Assembly (NCBI GenBank): GCA_965218695.1
Contig: OZ244651.1
Location: 864,001-928,000, forward strand
DNA: 64,000 nucleotides
From: Nitrosopumilus sp.
Lineage (GTDB): Archaea; Thermoproteota; Nitrososphaeria; Nitrososphaerales; Nitrosopumilaceae
Reading direction: 5' to 3'
In this document: positions 58,998-64,000 of the stretch, one piece after another
How the letters are laid out: each line of letters starts with the position of its first letter
How positions within the stretch are numbered: the first letter of the stretch is position 1
Made by a program: the position numbers and the translations under genes
Notes under the pieces: generated by a model
What the model was told of the DNA's origin: nothing
Database searches by the model: none
Seen by the model: only the letters and a program-made list of their open reading frames with translations

Positions 58998-59558
58998 TTG
59001 AAACTTGTTATAGGGATGACCGGGAGCACAGGCGCAGTCTATGGGGTGAGGATGCTTGAGGTGCTCAGGAAAGCCGGCATTGAGACACACCTGATAATCT
59101 CCAAGTGGGCCAGAACCTGCATAGGGATGGAGACCAAATACACAATCGACTACGTCAAGTCCCTGGCAACGGACGTATCTGACGAGACAAACATGGCATC
59201 CGGGGTGTCCAGCGGAACATACCGGACAGACGGAATGATAGTGGCCCCGTGCAGCATGAAGACACTGGCTGCCATCGCAGGCGGATACGACGACACCCTG
59301 ATTGCAAGGGCCGCAGGCGTCACGATAAAAGAGTCCAGAAAACTGGTACTCATGGCACGGGAGACCCCGCTGTCTGCCATCCACCTGGAGAACATGCTAA
59401 AGCTTGCAAGGCTGGGCATAGTGATACTGCCACCGGTAACCGAATTCTATACCAAGCCAAAGTCGGTGGACGACATCATAAACCACGGCGTTGGAAAATG
59501 CCTGGATCAGTTTGGAATAGATCACGGCCTGTACACCCGGTGGGGCACCAGTGATTGA
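58998..59558 (+). CDS. ubiX: Flavin prenyltransferase
   Basis: GMTGSTG, SSGT, APCSMKTLAAIA, RAAGVTIKESRKL, RETPL. Confidence 0.95.
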   Translation: MKLVIGMTGSTGAVYGVRMLEVLRKAGIETHLIISKWARTCIGMETKYTIDYVKSLATDVSDETNMASGVSSGTYRTDGMIVAPCSMKTLAAIAGGYDDTLIARAAGVTIKESRKLVLMARETPLSAIHLENMLKLARLGIVILPPVTEFYTKPKSVDDIINHGVGKCLDQFGIDHGLYTRWGTSD

Positions 59559-59752
59559 TCCGCTCAGGGAATATCCCAATGCCTTCAAGGAGATTCCCCC
59601 TGAGTCTTGGTGACGTGCCTGCGTCTGCCTGAGAATTCCAAGGCCCACACGCAGCCTGATGCCCTCAGTCACGCCACCATGGCGTTGGCGAGCCGGGCTG
59701 TCCCCTCACGAGGCATTGGCAAACCCGTTTTTGGCGCTTGAGAAACCACGGA

Positions 59753-60157
59753 CTATTCCTTGGAATCCCCGACCAGCCAGATGGTGTTTCTGTCCTGATC
59801 ATGGATGCGGCTCATCATTCCGCCCCAGACCTGCTTTTCAGGTTTGGTGATATCAACCTGCCTTGATCTTAGTTCCCGGTATGTCGCCTCGATGTCCATG
59901 GTGTAAAACCAGATTCCGGTGGGTGCCCCGACTCTTGCCCTTGCCCGCTCAATCTGTTCTGGGGCGCAGTCTTTCAACTGGGCGGGGTCTGCCAGGCTGA
60001 TCACCGTCTCTGATCCCTTTGGACCCACTACAACCCACCTGTATCCTGCCACGTCCGTATCCACCTTTTTTTCAAGCCCGAGCCTCTGTGTGTAAAACTC
60101 CACTGCCCTTTGCTGGTCTGAAACCATGACTGTCATGCCCTCTATCCCGTCGATCAT
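59753..60157 (-). CDS. VOC / glyoxalase family protein
   Basis: VSDQQRAVEFY, WVVVGP, DIEATY, WGG, DQDRN; start placed at 60157. Confidence 0.88.
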   Translation of the reverse strand: MIDGIEGMTVMVSDQQRAVEFYTQRLGLEKKVDTDVAGYRWVVVGPKGSETVISLADPAQLKDCAPEQIERARARVGAPTGIWFYTMDIEATYRELRSRQVDITKPEKQVWGGMMSRIHDQDRNTIWLVGDSKE

Positions 60158-60352
60158 TCCACCGGGTCTGTCTTCTGCAGATATAAAAAATTTCAAGCCG
60201 GCAGCGTAAAGGAACGTCCGGCGGACACTGTGTCGTGTACGGGAGGAGCCTGACTCCTCGCGGGGAGATTCCTTCGGGTGCCGGCCGTACTCCTGCCGGC
60301 CAGTACCTCGGACAATCATGGTTTATACCCGAGGCAGGCGCACCACACATGA

Positions 60353-60787
60353 TTGCCAAGGTTCACACTGAAGAAGACGGTTCATGCACAACGGCAAAAG
60401 ACATACGACATGATGTCCGGTTTTGGATCCTACCCCCAGACGATCCCTCAGCACTTTCCGTCAGTCCGGGTCCGTTCCGTCCGGGGGGAGGTGGCAGTAG
60501 TAGAGGAGCACGTGAACCTTGGCGGGAGGCGCCTTGTCATCATGGCAAGGCACGTGTCCCGGCCCCCGTCTGCGCACGACCTGTTTGTAATCGGGGGCAG
60601 CCTCAAGGGGACAAGCATCATGCAGAGGTTTGAGGCGGCAGGAGACGACACCCTGGTCGTGACTGATGTGAACCTGCGGCTGGGTCTGGCCATGGGGATA
60701 AGCTCCGCACTTGACCGTGGCAGATACAAGCGCGACTATGGCGCCATTCTAGATGATCTTGCTGCTGCTGCAGAAGAATCGGGATGA
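60353..60787 (+). CDS. SRPBCC / polyketide cyclase-like protein
   Basis: YPQTIPQHFPSVRVRS, GGSLKGTSIMQRFE and a C-terminal helix fit the fold pattern. Confidence 0.75.
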   Translation: MPRFTLKKTVHAQRQKTYDMMSGFGSYPQTIPQHFPSVRVRSVRGEVAVVEEHVNLGGRRLVIMARHVSRPPSAHDLFVIGGSLKGTSIMQRFEAAGDDTLVVTDVNLRLGLAMGISSALDRGRYKRDYGAILDDLAAAAEESG

Positions 60788-60793
60788 TGATGA

Positions 60794-60991
60794 TTATGAC
60801 GACTTGTCCTTGAAATCCTTGAGTTCCTTTTCGCCCTCTATCTTGCCCTTTTCAAACTCGCCCTTGGCCTTGCCAAACGTCTTTGCAAGCTCCGGTATCT
60901 TCTTTGCCCCAAAGATCAGCACGACTGCGATGACTATTATGAATATCCATTCCTGTCCTGCGATAAAACCGGCCAAAACGGATCCGAACAT
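60794..60991 (-). CDS. tatA: Twin-arginine translocase TatA
   Basis: EW...LIFGAKKIPELAKTFGKAKGEF. Confidence 0.95.
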   Translation of the reverse strand: MFGSVLAGFIAGQEWIFIIVIAVVLIFGAKKIPELAKTFGKAKGEFEKGKIEGEKELKDFKDKSS

Positions 60992-61005
60992 GGTACAGTG
61001 TTGAC

Positions 61006-61806
61006 TCAGATTGAATTTAAGTGTTCAACTTTTTCCTTGCGTTCTATGATGAACATGCCTGTAAGGTACAGGGCGATCATCGGGCCTGCGATAAACCACA
61101 TGGTGACTCCGCTCCCGTCAGGCGTTACCGCCGCCCCGAATATCACTATGGCCACTATGGCATACCTTATGTTCTTCCTCCAAAAGCCGGTATCCGCGGC
61201 CCCCGATACTGAGGCAGCATACATTACCAGCGGCAGCTGGAACGAGAGCCCGAATGCCAGAAGAAACTGCAGGACGAAGGAGACAAAGTCGATCACGTTT
61301 AGGAACGTCACGAGCCCGGAGGACTCACCATACCTGTACAGGAACTCCAGTATGTATGGGACCACCAAGACGTATGCAAACACGCATCCCGTGGCAAACA
61401 GCCCCACTGCCGGAACCATGATGGTCCTGCTTACGTTTATCTCCCTCTCTTTGAGGGCCGGCCTGATGAATCCGACCATGTTCCACACTATCACCGGCAT
61501 TCCGGCCACGATCCCCACAAGGGCCGCAATGTATACCTGCGCAAAGAATGCCTGTCCCGGCGACGTCTGAATCAGATCCACATCCTCGGGCACCAGGTTG
61601 TCCCTCATGTGGTTTGTTATCTGCGCTGCGATGTTGTCAAGCGGTTCCGGGGTGGGATAGTACAGGACGACCTCTCCTGCCACCTGGACAGGCTCCAAAT
61701 GGAACGTCAGCATAAACACCGTAATGACACCAATCACTATGACAATCTTCAGTACCCTCTTTCTCAGCTCGTCAAGATGCTGACCGAACTCCTTCAGTTC
61801 AGACAT
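61006..61806 (-). CDS. tatC: Twin-arginine translocase TatC
   Basis: HLDELRKR, FIRPAL, FGLSFQLP, AVTPD, PMIALY. Confidence 0.95.
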   Translation of the reverse strand: MSELKEFGQHLDELRKRVLKIVIVIGVITVFMLTFHLEPVQVAGEVVLYYPTPEPLDNIAAQITNHMRDNLVPEDVDLIQTSPGQAFFAQVYIAALVGIVAGMPVIVWNMVGFIRPALKEREINVSRTIMVPAVGLFATGCVFAYVLVVPYILEFLYRYGESSGLVTFLNVIDFVSFVLQFLLAFGLSFQLPLVMYAASVSGAADTGFWRKNIRYAIVAIVIFGAAVTPDGSGVTMWFIAGPMIALYLTGMFIIERKEKVEHLNSI

Positions 61807-61916
61807 TGCATCATTTGCATGTTCAGGGTATATCAGAGTTTATGCGTAGTACTGGACATAATGTTTCGCTCATTTTCCCGTCTAGGCTGTAGCTGCTGCC
61901 AATCTTAGAATTATAC

Positions 61917-62004
61917 AGTAGATCTTATGTGCAACCTCCAAATTTTTAGAAAACGTGATTTTGCAGTTTTAGTAAAATCTGGAGTTTTACACGATAGGTC
62001 AACT
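61917..62004. repeat. Imperfect palindrome / MITE-like remnant
   Basis: AGTAGATCTTATGTGCAACCTCCAAATTTT versus reverse complement AGTTGACCTATCGTGTAAAACTCCAGATTTT. Confidence 0.5.
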
Positions 62005-62063
62005 CAACAGAAATTATACGTGATCAAGCCGTTTGCATATCCTTTTAAGGTAAAATACGGTAT

Positions 62064-63243
62064 ATGTACAGTATGACCACTCGCCACGTACTGTCCGTCT
62101 GGCAGCCGCACGCACTCGGCGCGGAATTCAGATACATGTTTGCCGAGTTCCGTTCAATCGTAAACGAGGCGGTACGGCTTGGCCGCAAGATGGATCTGCG
62201 CACGCGCAAGGAGTTCCAGAATGCACTGTACCGCACGCTGAAGGGCGACAGGACGTACGGGAAATACGTCCAGCACGCGGATGGGTTTTGCCATCAGGCT
62301 CCTCAAGCAGTACCGCACACTGCTAAAACAGAATCCAAAGACGCGCCTCCCGCGTCTGAGAAAAGATGTGCTGGAGCTTGACGGTCAGTTTTATACCATC
62401 AGCAACGGCGTGATCCGCATACCGTTGTGCCTCGGCGAATACCTATACATCCCGCTGCAGAAATACGTATTGGAACGGCTCGACGGCATGAAGCCGGGGG
62501 GCGTGCGGATCACATCAGACAGGCTGACAATCTCTTATGCCCAGAATGTGGAGAAGGTGATGCCAGACGACTGGGCGGGAGTGGATTTCAACGAGAGAAA
62601 CGCAACCATACACGACACGCGCGACAACACGACTGTGATTTCGCTGGGAAGGATCCCAGACACGCAGACCAAGTGCCGCGGCAAGGTGGCAAACTTTAAG
62701 CGCAACGACGTCCGCAAGCGGAAAAAGATTGCAGCCAAATACGGCAAGAAGGAGCGAGACCTCACAAACGACATGCTGCACAAGGCTGCCAAGTTTCTGA
62801 TATTATCCGGATTCGGCATTGTCTTGGAAGACCTCATGGGTATTCGGGAACAGCACCGGTGCGGGAGCAAAATGGGAAAGGGTTTGCGTGGACGGATCAA
62901 CGCTTGGCCGTTTTATAGGCTGAGAAATTTCATAGAGTACAAGGCACGTGAGGCAGGACTCCCCGTTGTTTTTGTGCCGGCACGCGGCACAAGCTCGCTT
63001 TGTGCGGAATGCGGGGGAAAGGTACGCCTCAAGCGCAACCGCATGGTACACTGCAGGACGTGTGACACACTCGCAGACAGGGATGAAAACGCGAGTAAGA
63101 ACATACTCTTTCGTGGCCCCGGGACCCGGGCCAGACTGGGCGCATGTGAAGCGATGATGGAAGAATCCCCTGGCGGGGCGGTACGACTAGTCGATGTTTG
63201 CTCAATGCAGAAAGGTGCGTGTCTGCGCACCGATTACGCATAA
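62064..63243 (+). pseudogene. tnpB: TnpB with a single-base frameshift near 62280
   Basis: ORFs 62064-62381 and 62281-63243 join (QHAMGFAI) if one G is removed; GVDFN, LEDL, CAECG, DRDENASKNI intact. Confidence 0.85.
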
Positions 63244-63248
63244 GGTCT
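63114..63248 (+). ncRNA. Candidate omega-RNA scaffold of the second tnpB
   Basis: TGAAGCGATG (63147-63156), CCCC-TGGC-GGGG hairpin, AGTCGATG (63189-63196), closing stem TGGGCGCA/TGTTTGCTCA, terminal hairpin GGTGCG..CGCACC. Confidence 0.58.
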
Positions 63249-63250
63249 AT

Positions 63251-63715
63251 CTATTTGCTGGGTATTGGAAGCAGTTTTGCCTCCGGCAGCCCCGCATCCT
63301 TTAACTGCTTTGCGGTAAGGTTCTCAAACTCCAGGGATATCACGGCTTTTGCATTAAACCTGTCCTCCAACTCCCTTGCAAGGCCCGCTATGTCCCTGCC
63401 AGAATAGATCTCCTCTGATCCCTTGAGGATCATCCTCTCTCCCTTTTCAATCTCCTTTCCCCCGAACTTGTCCTTGAGGAACCCCGTGATTGCGGGAATC
63501 TCCTTTCTGCTGATGTTGTTGTAAAAGTAGGATATTCCCCTTATGGACTCGTAGTCGTACGGGGTGCCGTTCCTGTACATGAAGACCCCGATGAACCTCG
63601 CCTCGCTTTCAGGTTCCCTGACGCATTTTATCTCCCAGTTGAGAAGGTACTGGTGGTCGTATGAATAATCGCCCATCTCGTCTGGTGTGATCTTCCAGTA
63701 CCTTGATCTTGCCAT
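63251..63715 (-). CDS. Hypothetical protein
   Basis: MARSRYWKIT...LPEAKLLPIPSK; start placed about 25 bp after a TTTATA box. Confidence 0.75.
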   Translation of the reverse strand: MARSRYWKITPDEMGDYSYDHQYLLNWEIKCVREPESEARFIGVFMYRNGTPYDYESIRGISYFYNNISRKEIPAITGFLKDKFGGKEIEKGERMILKGSEEIYSGRDIAGLARELEDRFNAKAVISLEFENLTAKQLKDAGLPEAKLLPIPSK

Positions 63716-63887
63716 CACGTGTGCATGGAATGTGCTGGTATAAATTCCCAATGGAGCTGGCTGGCTGGCCGGCACGGCGCATGCTAATAATCGTAAACAT
63801 GCTATCGGCACCGGCATCTGCGCCCCTCCCCGTCCAGAATCCGGGCGTGCATCCGACCTTGGTGCACAGGATCCGTACCCTCAGCCA

Positions 63888-64000
63888 TCATCTTGCTGCA
63901 AGCTTTTTTTGTACCTGCGTTATCTCAATCTCGACAGTCTCCAGCGGATCCTCTGACTTGTTTCTCTTTATCGAGAACATCTTTGGCTTTTCAAAGTCGT
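63888..64000 (-). CDS. 3' end of an unidentified gene entering from the right edge
   Basis: Open frame DFEKPKMFSIKRNKSEDPLETVEIEITQVQKKLAAR*. Confidence 0.45.
   Translation of the reverse strand, partial: DFEKPKMFSIKRNKSEDPLETVEIEITQVQKKLAAR

Larger units (their letters stand above)
62009..63248 (+). mobile_element. TnpB-only element with IS5/IS630-like terminal inverted repeats
   Basis: Left AGAAATTATACGTGATC versus right (reverse complement) AGACCTTATGCGTAATC, 13 of 17; alternative left end at about 61920. Confidence 0.55.

Noticed and set aside
1-64000. CRISPR array or Cas12f system associated with the TnpB-like genes
   Set aside because: No regularly spaced direct repeats or cas genes were seen.

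Overview
Archaeal chromosome segment, most likely from a high-GC, IS-rich Nitrosopumilaceae (Thaumarchaeota); a host-associated lineage is an inference from gene content and IS load. Housekeeping genes include a thiolase, an LLM oxidoreductase, purK, purE, two purP-family genes, threonine dehydratase, thrC, type II GAPDH, HMG-CoA synthase, cbtBA, bioDABF, ubiX and tatAC. They are interleaved with about 19 mobile elements or remnants (IS5, IS66, IS630, ISH3, IS110, TnpB), many nested, most with readable TIRs and TSDs. A roughly 17 kb island (about 31.8-48.8 kb) carries three putative antiviral effectors (HEPN/ApeA-like, AbiV-like, SIR2-like). The three strongest leads are: (1) two tnpB genes with a shared omega-RNA-like scaffold, each bounded by terminal inverted repeats resembling DDE-transposon ends rather than IS200/605 hairpins; (2) an IS110 remnant whose non-coding end folds like a bridge-RNA target loop carrying a guide identical to its own insertion site in an IS630 end; (3) matching IS630 ends 13.8 kb apart that enclose the AbiV-like and SIR2-like genes. 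All calls were made by eye from motifs; no searches or folding programs were run.
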